Below are positions 31,101 through 41,477 of a DNA stretch of 64,000 nt, in pieces (position 1 is the stretch's first letter; each line of letters starts with the position of its first letter). Location of the stretch: contig CAYFHS010000001.1 in assembly GCA_964342815.1 (NCBI GenBank), positions 115,849 to 179,848 on the forward strand, in the 5' to 3' direction. Below the pieces are notes generated by a model, which did no database searches, was not told where the DNA came from, and saw only the letters and a list, made by a program, of their open reading frames with translations. A program made the translations under genes and the position numbers. The stretch comes from an uncultured archaeon. GTDB taxonomy: Archaea; Thermoplasmatota; Penumbrarchaeia; JASLWR01.

Positions 31101-32339
31101 GGCTGTGCCAACCAGCTCCATATCATTTTCTACCCTGAAAAGGTAGGGGAAGCGGTCTCTCGAGGTCTCACCAGTATTTGCAGTGGTATCTACGAAACAA
31201 TCCACCATCCTTTCGTGGGCGAAAGTGAAGTTAATCATGAATGTGAAATTGACCCACCATCGGTCAACACCGTCATTGCTTAGGGAACTTTTGTCCGCGA
31301 TAAATCTTACATGACCTTCCGGATCCTGAAGCTTGAAGAATTGTCCCCGGGTCCAGTTGTAGCCAAGAGTTGCGTTCGTGGTGTTGTAATCGAGATATAC
31401 GAGAAGCTCGGAAACCTCATAGAGATCCCTTGTGGCAGTGATGTTGACACTTAGGTTGTATTCTCTGTACTCGGCATAACATACTTTTTCCAGCTCCCCC
31501 TGTCCACGAATGGCAACCCCGTCAACATGGGCCGTTATCTCAACAGCGAGCCATTTTACAACATTCAGGAAATAACGCTGGCAGTTGCCGTTGGAATTCC
31601 AGTTTCCGCCCACTCCCGAATACGTCCTGCCCCTGCCGTAGATATTGATCATGGGGCTCTGCTGGTTGTTGGCATTCCCTATCTGGGTTGCCTGCTGGGC
31701 GATATTGTTGTCCCTCAGCTCTGAGTCGAACAATCCGTTACTGCCGCTGACGGGAGAATTCACGCCGGCCCATATCTCGTGGTTGCCCACCTTTGTGAAA
31801 GAGAAACCTCCCGCGTTATCGCCTCTGCCGATCCTGTTGGTATAACCGAACATGTCCTCGAGAGCGATGTATCCTCCTTGAACGGGGTCCTGCTGATCAA
31901 CCATACCGCAGCTTTCGCTCCATACCCCGCCTCCCGCCTGGACCCAGTTTCGGACATCAGCAGCTACAACTCTGCCGCGCCCCCGGGAACGACCGAGGTA
32001 TACAACGTCATAATTTGCGAGAACCGCTGCGTTCAGTGTACCGCTGCACATCTCGGTTACCTGTATTCCATTGTTTGTGAGGTGGGTTTTAGGAATCGTC
32101 ACGTAGCTGTTTCGGCCGCATGAATTTGTCGCATCCGCTTGATAGATCAGAAATTTAACGTTGCCTCCCCCGCGCTCAACGGAACTTACTGCCCTCCCGG
32201 CAGATTTATGATTATCCACGGTAGCTTCTTGAACACCATGGAGCCAACCATTAAGGCTCGGACCCAGCTGGGCAATCAGCATTATGAGCAATATCGATAA
32301 TATCAGGCCAAAGGCAAATTTATCTCCCTTTCGCATCAT
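28161..32339 (-). CDS. Array paralog P2: surface protein with class I GATase/ThuA-like head
   Basis: Start moved to MMRKG (32339). Head LANYDVVYLG...VRNWVQAGGGVWSE...NHEIWAG...YGRGRTY...FLNVVKWL; stalk from CYAEY (Cys 31481). Confidence 0.88.
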   Translation of the reverse strand: MMRKGDKFAFGLILSILLIMLIAQLGPSLNGWLHGVQEATVDNHKSAGRAVSSVERGGGNVKFLIYQADATNSCGRNSYVTIPKTHLTNNGIQVTEMCSGTLNAAVLANYDVVYLGRSRGRGRVVAADVRNWVQAGGGVWSESCGMVDQQDPVQGGYIALEDMFGYTNRIGRGDNAGGFSFTKVGNHEIWAGVNSPVSGSNGLFDSELRDNNIAQQATQIGNANNQQSPMINIYGRGRTYSGVGGNWNSNGNCQRYFLNVVKWLAVEITAHVDGVAIRGQGELEKVCYAEYREYNLSVNITATRDLYEVSELLVYLDYNTTNATLGYNWTRGQFFKLQDPEGHVRFIADKSSLSNDGVDRWWVNFTFMINFTFAHERMVDCFVDTTANTGETSRDRFPYLFRVENDMELVGTAGFTGEFQGELTEGDWIRGNEDIRVSDLKVRYAGSANIYPEDVFFDVRTMDSVGNTWWDNESKGENIVIDLSSRNVTDPDEEYLITIENIPGSGICMTNLTFPVKIDAEAPLYPDNLLCRAGGFKDKETGNTNQAEMYVTWDAVEDPASGLLGYYYSKTDNSGTINGTFINVTEVKIDKLDEGGAEIYVWCIDKVGNIGDGAKSGILVDLTPPVFSNHTPMDGSWHDHTDIDCSVEIYDGEGAGVDGTTIEYSVSANGENGFNFWIPAWVPEEKRLITPHIKYIFPEGEENYIKWRAKDITENGFVESSPINIKIDVTPVIFEPVITPQTEWYDHNTVSTSISVSDGGSGVDPTSLEVRISRTGPNDFCPWIRVDPENITGSGLEKYEVSVTFNYSEGKDNFIMFRGTDEVGNPPTISDKFNLKIDTSPVYFGTFTPDKEDYADSTIVECFIQIFDDGSGVDPKTVEYSVAKGVGGDEKKFGPWKKTENVVSGTPTQVLMEVEFQWGSDNYIRWRADDIMGTGFNESKPFRVWVNSKPTAEISAPEQGSFFRYGRQIFFDASESSDEDGDNLSYYWSSNVSANKSIGSKVFMSASLVPGKHTITLFVSDGHGYNESKKVKLEVLRKLDYETDSDGDGYSDGLEREKGTDPLNRALTPPGEPDIIDQESGGLLGEGSSWLFLILFGIFLLIILILLALFIVIKRKKKSEKEIPPTIQPTLQQSDFGPNQHFYPQGQYMSPGQQGYGSTPPTYGGMPGGQAAPTALPPAHGMAQFDPVQIAPQTNYGQLGPATDPLTDAAFLLPSFPTDQGLQNLELMALPPGPAPLEQDTINTGVPIQMPAPDMPFPPAFLPDIAAMEKSFLGPSQPLPSSEELLQVPPDAPAPMDVPTLAVAGPIPVDPSVPGDLSQLDAYLFSLDESHDEPSAPPPSGQAVLEENPTRVTNEITMQCHSCGNNYTAEIVQLPALVTCPVCTTQGVINSI

Positions 32340-32447
32340 TTCCTTCCATCTCCAAGTAAAGTCAGGAACGTTTTGACTGACTTGTTGGTAAAGACGAGCT
32401 TGCATGGGTCGGCTTTACACAAGGACCTTAAAACAACGTACAACCTG

Positions 32448-32465
32448 TATTTATAGCTTATCCGA
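32448..32465 (-). promoter_or_regulatory. Candidate BRE-TATA upstream of P2
   Basis: Minus strand TCGGATAAGCTATAAATA. Confidence 0.5.
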
Positions 32466-32492
32466 AGATGGTACGAGTAGTTTTCTTCAAGT

Positions 32493-35400
32493 TTATATGG
32501 ATTCAATTACGCCCTGTGTCTGACAGACCGGGCAGGTGACCAGGGACGGTAACTCAGCTATCTCCGCCGTATAGTTATTTCCGCATGAATGACACTGCAT
32601 TGTTATCTCGTTTGTCGGGGGAACCGGGCTCCCATCAGGAACCGGCTCTGCGGCAGGGGGTGCCGGTTCAGGGGGTATGAACGTTTCTTCCAGATGAGAA
32701 AGATTAGAAAGATATTCATCGAGCTCGGATAAATCATTGGCCTGTGAAAGAACTGCCGGGGGTGCACCGGGCTCTGGAAGCGGTTCATCCCCCGGAAGGA
32801 TTGGATCATGTGCCGGTGGAACCTGTGGCTCCCCCTTCATGGGTGACAATTGCTCAGGAGGTGCGGAGAAAATTGTTTCCACGACTCCCGTATCCGGCAA
32901 AGCGACAGGCTGAACCGACACATCGGGAGTAGTTATCTGTACCGCTGAAACCGGATTCACCATTGCTTGCTCTCCCGCAGGATCCGGTCCGGGAGGAAGA
33001 GCCATTCTCTCAAGGTTCTGAGGGCCCTGATCGGTTGAGAATGAAGGAAGCGAATAGAGAGCAGGAGCCACAATGTCGGATGCCGGACCTGATTGACCGT
33101 ATTGGGACTGTGGCTGTGGCGGAGCGTACTGAAGACATTGGGGTTGAGGAACCTGATCCGGGACAGCCGTACCGTATTGCCCGATCCCCTGTCCCGGAGG
33201 CAGCATCAAATGTGGGGTAGGGCCTTTTGGCATACCGGCATATGGTGTTTGAAATTGGGGGATGCTCCCGTATCCTTGCTGCAATTGCGGAGCGTACTGA
33301 CCCTGGAGATAGGGATGCTGCATCGGTCCGTACACTTGCTGGCGTACAATAGGTTCAACGGGAAGATTCGTTTCTTTTTCATCCGTTTTCTTTCTTTTCC
33401 TAACTATAAAAAATAGTATTACAATAAAAATTATAAGAAAAATAGTGCCACCAATAATGATGAATAAAAGGGAAGAGTCACCGCTCAATATTCCCAAACT
33501 TTCCTTATCAACGATATCCGGCTCACCGGCGGGGTTCTCGGCGCCGTTAAGAGGATCGGTCCCTTTTTCACGCTCAAGCCCGTCCGAGAAACCGTCCCCG
33601 TCGCTGTCTATCTGATAATCGTCTTTACCTATAACCTCTATCTTTACTTTCTTGCTCTCGTTGTAACCGTGCCCGTCTGAGGCGAACAATGTGATTGTAT
33701 GTTTTCCGGGAACCAGGCGCCCCCTCATGAAAACCTCTGAGCCGATTGAGTGGTTCGCGCTGACATTACTGGACCAGTAATAGCTTAGATTGTCACCGTC
33801 CTCGTCGGAGGATCCAGAGGCATCGAAGATAATTTCGTGGTCGTACCTGAAATATGATCCTTGATGGGGAGTTGAGATTACTGGCTCAGGCTTGGAATTC
33901 ACCCAGACCCGGTATGGTTTTGAGATATTGTAACCCGTAGCCATGATATCATCCGCACGCCACCGTATGTAATTATGGGGACCCCAATCGAACTCCAGTT
34001 CCAATAAGACCTGAGTGGGATTCCCGTTTACCACGTTTCCCGCTTTCTTCCATGGCCCGAAATTTTTTTCGTCGTCCCCCGCCCCTTTTGCAATTGAATA
34101 CTCCACCGTTGACGTGTCCACTCCGCTCCCGTCATCGAAAATCTGAATGAAACATTCAACTTTCTTCTGTGCCGCATAATCGTTCTCATCTGGTGTGAAG
34201 GAGCTAAAATAAACCGGTGAAGTATCTATTTTCAGATTGAATTTATCGGATACGCTAAAAGGATTGCCTACAATATCCGTTCCCCTGAACATGATATAAT
34301 TGTCAAATCCTTCCGTGTAGCTGAACGTAACGGATATCTCAAAACCGTCTTCTCCCGATTCGCCTATATTTTCGGGATCGATGGGCATCCACTGGCCGAA
34401 GTCGGCGGGACCCGACGTTGATATCCTGACTTCAAGGCTGTTTGGGTCGACACCGCTTCCCGTATCACGTACGGTGATCTTTGTGTTTATTGTATTTTCC
34501 GCGTACCATTCTTTCTGCGGGTTTATCTCGCTGTCAAAGCTTACGGGGGTGATATCCACCTTAATGTTTATAGGGGCCGATTCGGAAAATCCGTTTCCCG
34601 ATACATCCTTGGCACGCCATTTTATGTAATTTCCCTCACCTTCCTGGAAGACGTATTTCACAGTTGGAACTATGGTGTTTCCTTCATCCGGCATCATCCG
34701 TGGTATCCAAAGATCGAAGCTCGGTCCTTCTCCGCTTGAGACCGCGTATTCGATGCTAGTGCCGTCAACTCCCGATCCCTGGAAATCGCTTATGTCTATG
34801 GAGCAGTCGATATCAGTATGATTGTGCCATGAGCCGTCCTGGGGAGTATGGTTCGAAAAGACCGGAGGTGATAGGTCAACGAGTATACCGGATTCAGCGG
34901 AATCTCCGATATTTCCCACCTTGTCGATACACCACACATGAATTCCCGCGAATCCCTCTTCCAATTTGTCGATCTTTACCTCGGTTTCATTGGTGAAAGT
35001 CCCATTCATGGTTCCCGAATTATCAATCGCGGAATAATAATATCCAAGCAGCCCCGAGGCGGGGTCCTCCACGGCATCCCAGGTCACGTACATCTCGGCC
35101 TGGTTAGTATTCACCGTCTCCTTGTCCTTGAAACCTCCGGCACGACACTTCAGATCAACCGGATACAGGGGCGGGTCCGCATCGATCTTGACCGGAAAGG
35201 TCAAATTCGTCATGCAAATTCCCAAGCCTGGTATGTTCTCGATAGTGATGAGATATTCCTCTTCAGGATCGGTGATATTTCGGGACGTTATGTTTAGCGT
35301 AATTTCCTCTCGAGAACTCTCGTTGTCCCACCACGTATTTCCGCCAATATCTGAAATCTTAACATCGAAATACTGGTCATCTGGATAAATTCCTGCGGTG

Positions 35401-36737
35401 CCTGCATACCTGACGGTAAGATTTGTCACGGATATTTTTTCCGCTCCTTTGATCCAATTACCCTTTTCGAGTTTCCCCTGTACATTCCCTTTGAACTCCG
35501 GCGTCCCTGCAAGTTCCAGGTCGTTCTCCACTCTGAAGACATAGGGAAAGCGGTCCAGAGAAATCTCCCCGGACCTGGCAGTTGTGTTCACGAAACAATC
35601 GACGAGGTTCTCGTGGGGGAATGTGAAATTGAAGATCACAGAAAAGTTCAACCACCACATATCCACTGAATTATGGGTGACGGTACAGTCGTCAGTTTGA
35701 AGCCAAACATGCCCACCGATATCCTGAAGCTTAAAGAAGTTATTCTCGGTCCAGTTATAACAAAGAGTAGCATTGGTGTTGTTGTAATCCAGGTGAACCT
35801 TTACCTCGGAAACGTCATTCAGTATCTCTCTCGAGGATATGTTCACACTGACGGTATACGGTTTGTATTTGGCATAGCATTCCGGGCTCTCCTCCTCGGC
35901 TCCCCTTATTGCGACATCGTCAGCATCGGGTAGGCTAACTCCAGCTGCCCAGGCAACCGCCTGTTCCATAAGTTGGTCCGGTGCACCGGCGTAATAATCC
36001 GTGAAGCCGTGATTGTAACCCGCACCGCCCATATAGGCCGGTCCCAGATAAACTATTCGCCCCTCGCCGTATTCCGCCACAACGAATTGGGGTCTCCCGT
36101 TGTGGGTTCCCACGATTCTTGCTCCCGGATCGATACCGTTGTTCGGTCCTTCCCCGTTCCCCCCTAAATTAAAGTTGTTCATCCCTGACGTGACGGGATG
36201 CGAATTGTCCGTAATCACGGCGTTTCCCCCTGAATAATAATAGTAACCCCCATTTGCCGATACCGGAACCACCGCATCTATATCCGGACCCGGGTTGGCA
36301 TATACGACGAATCCAGTTGAAACCACTCCCCCACCGTTCCAGACCCAGTTCTTAAGGGCGGCACCGAATAGGTGAAAGTCCCTGGAGTTGCCGCTTCCGG
36401 AACCGCTCTGACCTATCACCACAGCATCGTAGTTTGATAATTTTGCCACGGTGTTGATATCACCCCCCACTACCTGCTGGGCCGTGAAATCGAAATGCGT
36501 ATCGTCGTTTAGTTGGTTTACCACAGCGGGAGCACCGCCGTTGGATGCGGCTGGCTGTTCCACAGCTATTTTTAAACCTCCCCGTGTTCGTTCGTTTATA
36601 CCACTGTCCTTTATGATCTCCACATCTGCTTCTTCGGTGTCTTGAGACCTGTTTACGATACCTGGGTGAAAATGGGTCATGATAATGATTATGGTCAGTA
36701 CAGCAGCCCAGGAAACACTTTTTTCAATACGGTTCAT
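32493..36737 (-). CDS. Array paralog P3: surface protein with class I GATase/ThuA-like head
   Basis: Start moved to MNRIE (36737). Head LSNYDAVVIG...LKNWVWNGGGVVSTG...SHPVTSG...YGEGRIVYLG...LMEQAVAWA; stalk from CYAKY (Cys 35879). Confidence 0.88.
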   Translation of the reverse strand: MNRIEKSVSWAAVLTIIIIMTHFHPGIVNRSQDTEEADVEIIKDSGINERTRGGLKIAVEQPAASNGGAPAVVNQLNDDTHFDFTAQQVVGGDINTVAKLSNYDAVVIGQSGSGSGNSRDFHLFGAALKNWVWNGGGVVSTGFVVYANPGPDIDAVVPVSANGGYYYYSGGNAVITDNSHPVTSGMNNFNLGGNGEGPNNGIDPGARIVGTHNGRPQFVVAEYGEGRIVYLGPAYMGGAGYNHGFTDYYAGAPDQLMEQAVAWAAGVSLPDADDVAIRGAEEESPECYAKYKPYTVSVNISSREILNDVSEVKVHLDYNNTNATLCYNWTENNFFKLQDIGGHVWLQTDDCTVTHNSVDMWWLNFSVIFNFTFPHENLVDCFVNTTARSGEISLDRFPYVFRVENDLELAGTPEFKGNVQGKLEKGNWIKGAEKISVTNLTVRYAGTAGIYPDDQYFDVKISDIGGNTWWDNESSREEITLNITSRNITDPEEEYLITIENIPGLGICMTNLTFPVKIDADPPLYPVDLKCRAGGFKDKETVNTNQAEMYVTWDAVEDPASGLLGYYYSAIDNSGTMNGTFTNETEVKIDKLEEGFAGIHVWCIDKVGNIGDSAESGILVDLSPPVFSNHTPQDGSWHNHTDIDCSIDISDFQGSGVDGTSIEYAVSSGEGPSFDLWIPRMMPDEGNTIVPTVKYVFQEGEGNYIKWRAKDVSGNGFSESAPINIKVDITPVSFDSEINPQKEWYAENTINTKITVRDTGSGVDPNSLEVRISTSGPADFGQWMPIDPENIGESGEDGFEISVTFSYTEGFDNYIMFRGTDIVGNPFSVSDKFNLKIDTSPVYFSSFTPDENDYAAQKKVECFIQIFDDGSGVDTSTVEYSIAKGAGDDEKNFGPWKKAGNVVNGNPTQVLLELEFDWGPHNYIRWRADDIMATGYNISKPYRVWVNSKPEPVISTPHQGSYFRYDHEIIFDASGSSDEDGDNLSYYWSSNVSANHSIGSEVFMRGRLVPGKHTITLFASDGHGYNESKKVKIEVIGKDDYQIDSDGDGFSDGLEREKGTDPLNGAENPAGEPDIVDKESLGILSGDSSLLFIIIGGTIFLIIFIVILFFIVRKRKKTDEKETNLPVEPIVRQQVYGPMQHPYLQGQYAPQLQQGYGSIPQFQTPYAGMPKGPTPHLMLPPGQGIGQYGTAVPDQVPQPQCLQYAPPQPQSQYGQSGPASDIVAPALYSLPSFSTDQGPQNLERMALPPGPDPAGEQAMVNPVSAVQITTPDVSVQPVALPDTGVVETIFSAPPEQLSPMKGEPQVPPAHDPILPGDEPLPEPGAPPAVLSQANDLSELDEYLSNLSHLEETFIPPEPAPPAAEPVPDGSPVPPTNEITMQCHSCGNNYTAEIAELPSLVTCPVCQTQGVIESI

Positions 36738-36794
36738 CGAAGCACTCCACAAAAAATGAAGGAATGTTGTCTGTAAAAAACAACGTGCTAACAC

Positions 36795-36812
36795 TATATA
36801 TATATTATCCGA
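36795..36812 (-). promoter_or_regulatory. Candidate BRE-TATA upstream of P3
   Basis: Minus strand TCGGATAATATATATA. Confidence 0.5.
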
Positions 36813-36884
36813 ACTTGGTATCCAATACGGCTTAATCCCTACTAAAAAAAATTACCCGCCGAACATTTACACAAGGCCTTATTC

Positions 36885-39800
36885 TCATCCCTGGATCACT
36901 CCCTGCGTCTGGCATACCGGACAGGTGACCAGAGCCGGATATTCTATTATTTCAGCCGTGTAGTTATTGCCGCAAGAATGGCACTGCATCCGCAGGAATC
37001 CCCTTCGGTTATCGCCACCGTTTGGTGGCGGAAGAGAAGGGGAAGCAGTTTCCTGCGTTTCCGAGGATGAAACCAACAGATTCATCTGTTGGTGATTCAT
37101 AGTTATTTGATTCGTCGCCGGAGCCGGACTTTCCACGGGAACCGGCGGTACCACCGGAGGCGCGGACTCCGGTGATTGAGTAATTTTATCCAGATTTGAT
37201 AGATATGAATCGAGCTGTGAAAGATCGGTGGCCTCCGATGGGCTTGCTGGTGGCACAGTGGGCCCTGGCGGTGACGGACTCTGGGGAGTAATTGGTGCAG
37301 TTCCGGGTTCAACCGGGAGTATTTCTCCACTTGGCGTAATGGGATCAGGTGGGGCCGAAAAGGGAGTCTCCATCGCTTCCAAATTCGGCATTAAGGCTGT
37401 TTGAGCGGGCAAACCCTGAGAAGCTACCGGGAAGGAAGTGGAGGGATCGACACTAACCTGGGAGACAGAGGGCGGGGGTCCCGGCGGTAGTGCCATTCTT
37501 TCAAGGTTCTGCATGCCCTGATCGGTGGGGAATGAAGGAAGCGAATATGCTGCGTATGCAGGATCAGCCTGGCCATGGGGAACCAGCGGAGGTGTTTGAC
37601 CAGGCGGGATGGTGCCGAATTGCATCATCCCCGGTCCCGGGGGCAGCATCAGATATTGTCCTTCGGGTCCCTGCATCCCCCTGAAGGGTGCTTGTAATTG
37701 TGTCGGTTCCCCAAATCCCTGATGCCCGGCAGGAATACCCTGGCCTGGAGGATAAGGGGATTCCAAGTACTGCTGCTGCGTCATTGGTGCCTGAATCAGA
37801 GGTGTCGAGTCCAGTTCTGCTTTTTTTCTCTTTTTCCTGACTACAAAAAGGATGATCAAAACCAGCATGATCAGAAGTAAAATGGCCCCAAGAATGATAA
37901 ACAACAGATAAGAATCTCCACCCATAATTCCGCTGCTGTCCTGGATAATAATATCTGGCTCACCGTCCGGGGAATCCGCCCCGTTATTCGGATCGGTACC
38001 TTTTTCTCGCTCCAATCCGTCAGAAAAACCGTCACCGTCGCTATCACGTTCATAGTCTGCTTTTTCTACCACGGTAATCTTCACTTTGTCCGTCTCGTTG
38101 TAACCATGGCCGTCTGAAACGAATACCGTTATGGTGTGTTTTCCAGCGAGTAAATCGGTACTGAAATAAGCTCCGGACCCAATGAACTGGGTGTAACTAT
38201 TATTTGACGACCAGAAAAAGCTTAGATTGTCCCCGTCCTCGTCGCTGGAATCCGATGCATCGAAATCAATTAAACTGTCGTACCTGAAATACGAGCCTTG
38301 TTCGGGGGACGATATTATTATCTCTGGCTTGGAATTCACCCATATCCGGTACTGACTTGACTCATTGTAACCCGTACCCAGCATGTCATCGGCACGCCAC
38401 CGGATGTTATTATCGCCGCCCCATTCGAACTCCACTTCCATAAATATCTGTGTGGGATTACCAGCAACAACATTGACTGCTTTCTTCCAGGGCTTGAAAT
38501 TCTTATTGTCGCCCCCCCCGGTAGAAACGGAATACTCAATTGTTGAGACGTCAACCCCGCTTCCGTCATCGAATATCTGTATGAAACATTCCACATCCCT
38601 GCTATCTGCGTACATGTCCTCGGTGGGTGTGAAGGAGCCATAATAAACCTGCGTAGTGTCGATCTTGAGATTGAATTTATCTGAAAGCGTCATTGGATTA
38701 CCAACCATGTCAGTTCCACGGAACATGATATAGTTGTCCTTGCCCTCTGCGTATGGGAAAGTTACGGTTATTTCGTATTCATTCTCATCGGATTTGTTTA
38801 TATTTTCGGCTTTGATAGGTATCCATTGACCGAAATCATTCGGACCTGACGTGGATATCCGCGCCTGGATGCTCGCCGTGTCCACACCGCTCCCGAAGTC
38901 GCTGACCATGATCTTTGTTTCAATAACTTTTTGAGTGTACCATTCTAACTGCGGTCGTATCTCTCCAGCAAAACTGATCGGGGTGATATCTACCTTGATA
39001 TTAACCGGAGCCGATTCAGAAAAACCGTTTTCCGAAATGTCCTTAGCACGCCATTTGATATAGTTCTCCTCCCCCTCCGGAAATACGTATTTTATATTCG
39101 GGGTCAGTTTGTCTCCGTCTACAGGCACCCACGCAGGTATCCACATATTGAAGCCGTTCACCCCGTTCGCAGAGATCGAATATTCAATGGTGCTTCCGTC
39201 AACCCCGGACCCCTCTCCGTCGTCTATCTCAACCGAGCAGTCGATATCGCTGTGATTGTGCCAGGAGCCGTCCGGGGGCGCAATATTTGAAAATGTAGGT
39301 GGCGTAAGATCCACCAGAATACCTGAAGAAGCGGCTTCACCGATATTTCCCACATTGTCCACACACCATACATGGATGGTGGCATATCCTTCGGGCAGTT
39401 CGTTAACTTCCACCTCTGTAACATTTATGAAAGTCCCGTTATCGGTTCCTGAATTGTCGACGTGTGAATAATAATATCCAAGGAGGCCCGAGTCGGGATC
39501 TTCAACATCGAGCCAGGTGGCGAACATCAGCGGTTGATCCGTATTTTCCGTTTCCTTGTCCTTGAATCCGTCGGCATGGCATACGAGGTTCAATGGGGGA
39601 TGAGGAGGGTCGTTATCCACCTTCAGAGGATAAGTTAAATTCGTTTTGCACGCGCCTGATCCAGGAATGTTCTCGATGGTGATTGAATACCACTCCTGGG
39701 AATCGGTGACGTTCCTCGTTGTGATATTAAGCTGAATTTTATTCCCGCTGCTCTGGTTGCTCCACCACGCGTTTCTTTGCGAATCAGCCACCTTGACATC

Positions 39801-41168
39801 GAAATAGTCATTGTCGGGGTAGATATTCATCGAATCATAATAAACCACCGTTAAATTGGATATTCTTAAGTTCTCGCTCCCTCTTACCCAACCCCCCCGG
39901 TCCAGCTTTCCCTGGTACTGACCGGTGAAATCGGGGGTGCCGACGAAATCCAGGTCCTTCACCACCCTGAACAGATAGGGGAACCGATCCCGATGAAACT
40001 CACCCGTCACCGAGGAAGTGTTCACGAAACAATCAACTGGTTCCCTGTGTGGAAATGTGAAATTGAAACCTACCGTAAAATTGAGCCACCACCTCTTCAC
40101 ACCGTCATTGGTAACCGTGCAATCGTCGAGAAACAGCTGAACGTGACCTTTAACATCCTTGAGTTTGAAGAATTCTTGTCTTGTGAAGTTATAACCCAGC
40201 GTGGCATTTGTTTCGTTGTAATCCAGGTGAACCTTGACTTCAGAAACTTCGTTCAGGTCTTTGGGCGAGGTAACATTGACGGTAAGGCCGTAGGTCTCGT
40301 ACTTGGCATAACAAACGACGTCGTTTCCGCCTCCCCTGCCCTTGACCCTGGTGTTCTCTGCGAATGAAAGCCCACCGTATGGACACATTATTGAGCGGAA
40401 ATCTATGCGAACGGTATACTGTCGGATGAAATTCCTGTTCCTATCGTATACCTTCATTGGCATGCTGGACGAGCCGCCGGCCACCACGTAATAGCGGTCG
40501 CCATCGAAAGCGAAGTTCATACAGGTTGAGCTTATACCACCGTAATTCCAGGTGATGTCATTCGCCCCTATGTTGCCGCCCGTAAAGCGGTTGGTTGACC
40601 ATCCGTACCAGGTATTACCGGAAGCGATCCAAACGGCTCCGTCCGTTACCGAAAAATAATAACTGGAGACCGATCGGGTTATTGATGAACTGGAAACATG
40701 GTTCCCTGTCATGGTCACCTTGTGAATGGTGCTTCCGGACCCGTAATACAGGTAAATTCCATCGGTCCCCACTGCATACCCGGACCCACCATGAGCCAGG
40801 TTATAGGTCGTCTGCTGTCCGTTGGTGGTGGAATAACGGTACAAAGTACTTCCGGTACGAGCATAGACCCACTGGCCGTCGGGAGTCATGCAGGGCATCG
40901 TCTGCGAACCAGGGATGTTCATATTGACAATATTCTGGATATTGCTCCCGTCCTTGTTCAAACGCTTCAGCCAGCCGCTGTTGTAATTGCGCGCGTAGAG
41001 ATAATCGGGACTAAGGGCTGCGCGGGACCCCATATTGTTACTGTCAGGGGATTTTTCCACTTCGGGATTTTCGATTATATTAATTACATCCGCATACTGT
41101 TCCACGAGTATGGAAAATCCGGCAGCAACCATGAAAAGAACCAGTATAACCGTGATTGTTTTCTTCAT
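36885..41168 (-). CDS. Array paralog P4: surface protein with beta-propeller-like head
   Basis: Head has repeated blades (TPDGQWVYAR, GTDGIYLYYG, TDGAVWIA, AFDGDRYYVV); stalk from CYAKY (Cys 40313); carries the 108-bp insert. Confidence 0.88.
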   Translation of the reverse strand: MKKTITVILVLFMVAAGFSILVEQYADVINIIENPEVEKSPDSNNMGSRAALSPDYLYARNYNSGWLKRLNKDGSNIQNIVNMNIPGSQTMPCMTPDGQWVYARTGSTLYRYSTTNGQQTTYNLAHGGSGYAVGTDGIYLYYGSGSTIHKVTMTGNHVSSSSITRSVSSYYFSVTDGAVWIASGNTWYGWSTNRFTGGNIGANDITWNYGGISSTCMNFAFDGDRYYVVAGGSSSMPMKVYDRNRNFIRQYTVRIDFRSIMCPYGGLSFAENTRVKGRGGGNDVVCYAKYETYGLTVNVTSPKDLNEVSEVKVHLDYNETNATLGYNFTRQEFFKLKDVKGHVQLFLDDCTVTNDGVKRWWLNFTVGFNFTFPHREPVDCFVNTSSVTGEFHRDRFPYLFRVVKDLDFVGTPDFTGQYQGKLDRGGWVRGSENLRISNLTVVYYDSMNIYPDNDYFDVKVADSQRNAWWSNQSSGNKIQLNITTRNVTDSQEWYSITIENIPGSGACKTNLTYPLKVDNDPPHPPLNLVCHADGFKDKETENTDQPLMFATWLDVEDPDSGLLGYYYSHVDNSGTDNGTFINVTEVEVNELPEGYATIHVWCVDNVGNIGEAASSGILVDLTPPTFSNIAPPDGSWHNHSDIDCSVEIDDGEGSGVDGSTIEYSISANGVNGFNMWIPAWVPVDGDKLTPNIKYVFPEGEENYIKWRAKDISENGFSESAPVNIKVDITPISFAGEIRPQLEWYTQKVIETKIMVSDFGSGVDTASIQARISTSGPNDFGQWIPIKAENINKSDENEYEITVTFPYAEGKDNYIMFRGTDMVGNPMTLSDKFNLKIDTTQVYYGSFTPTEDMYADSRDVECFIQIFDDGSGVDVSTIEYSVSTGGGDNKNFKPWKKAVNVVAGNPTQIFMEVEFEWGGDNNIRWRADDMLGTGYNESSQYRIWVNSKPEIIISSPEQGSYFRYDSLIDFDASDSSDEDGDNLSFFWSSNNSYTQFIGSGAYFSTDLLAGKHTITVFVSDGHGYNETDKVKITVVEKADYERDSDGDGFSDGLEREKGTDPNNGADSPDGEPDIIIQDSSGIMGGDSYLLFIILGAILLLIMLVLIILFVVRKKRKKAELDSTPLIQAPMTQQQYLESPYPPGQGIPAGHQGFGEPTQLQAPFRGMQGPEGQYLMLPPGPGMMQFGTIPPGQTPPLVPHGQADPAYAAYSLPSFPTDQGMQNLERMALPPGPPPSVSQVSVDPSTSFPVASQGLPAQTALMPNLEAMETPFSAPPDPITPSGEILPVEPGTAPITPQSPSPPGPTVPPASPSEATDLSQLDSYLSNLDKITQSPESAPPVVPPVPVESPAPATNQITMNHQQMNLLVSSSETQETASPSLPPPNGGDNRRGFLRMQCHSCGNNYTAEIIEYPALVTCPVCQTQGVIQG
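36990..37097. repeat. 108-bp in-frame palindromic insert, copy in P4
   Basis: Lies between two ATG codons (36987-36989 and 37098-37100); absent from P1, P2, P3, P5, P6; contains nested inverted repeats. Confidence 0.85.
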
Positions 41169-41477
41169 ACATTCACCGTGATCAGCTCAGTGGGCGGTAA
41201 TATTACCGATGACGGAATTGGATTTAACATTTGGAGATTACTCAGCGGGAAGCAAAAACATAGAGCCTTCCGGTATATATAATATTGGAATGAAATGGAT
41301 GACAAAAAAAAGTTTGTCTGAGGACCGGATGGGAGAATTTAGAAAAAGGTTAAGTAGCAAATTATAGGATTGGAGATAATCCGATTAGAAATTAACAAAA
41401 AATATTTATTATTTATTTAAGGCCCTTCAACCCAAATCAATATAACATATGATACCTATATGTTACTCTGTGATATA

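Noticed and set aside
32340-36794. Longer N-terminal extensions given by the ORF track for P2 (32405) and P3 (36794)
   Set aside because: The extensions precede RBS-like motifs and would bury the signal peptides; downstream ATGs match the paralog pattern.
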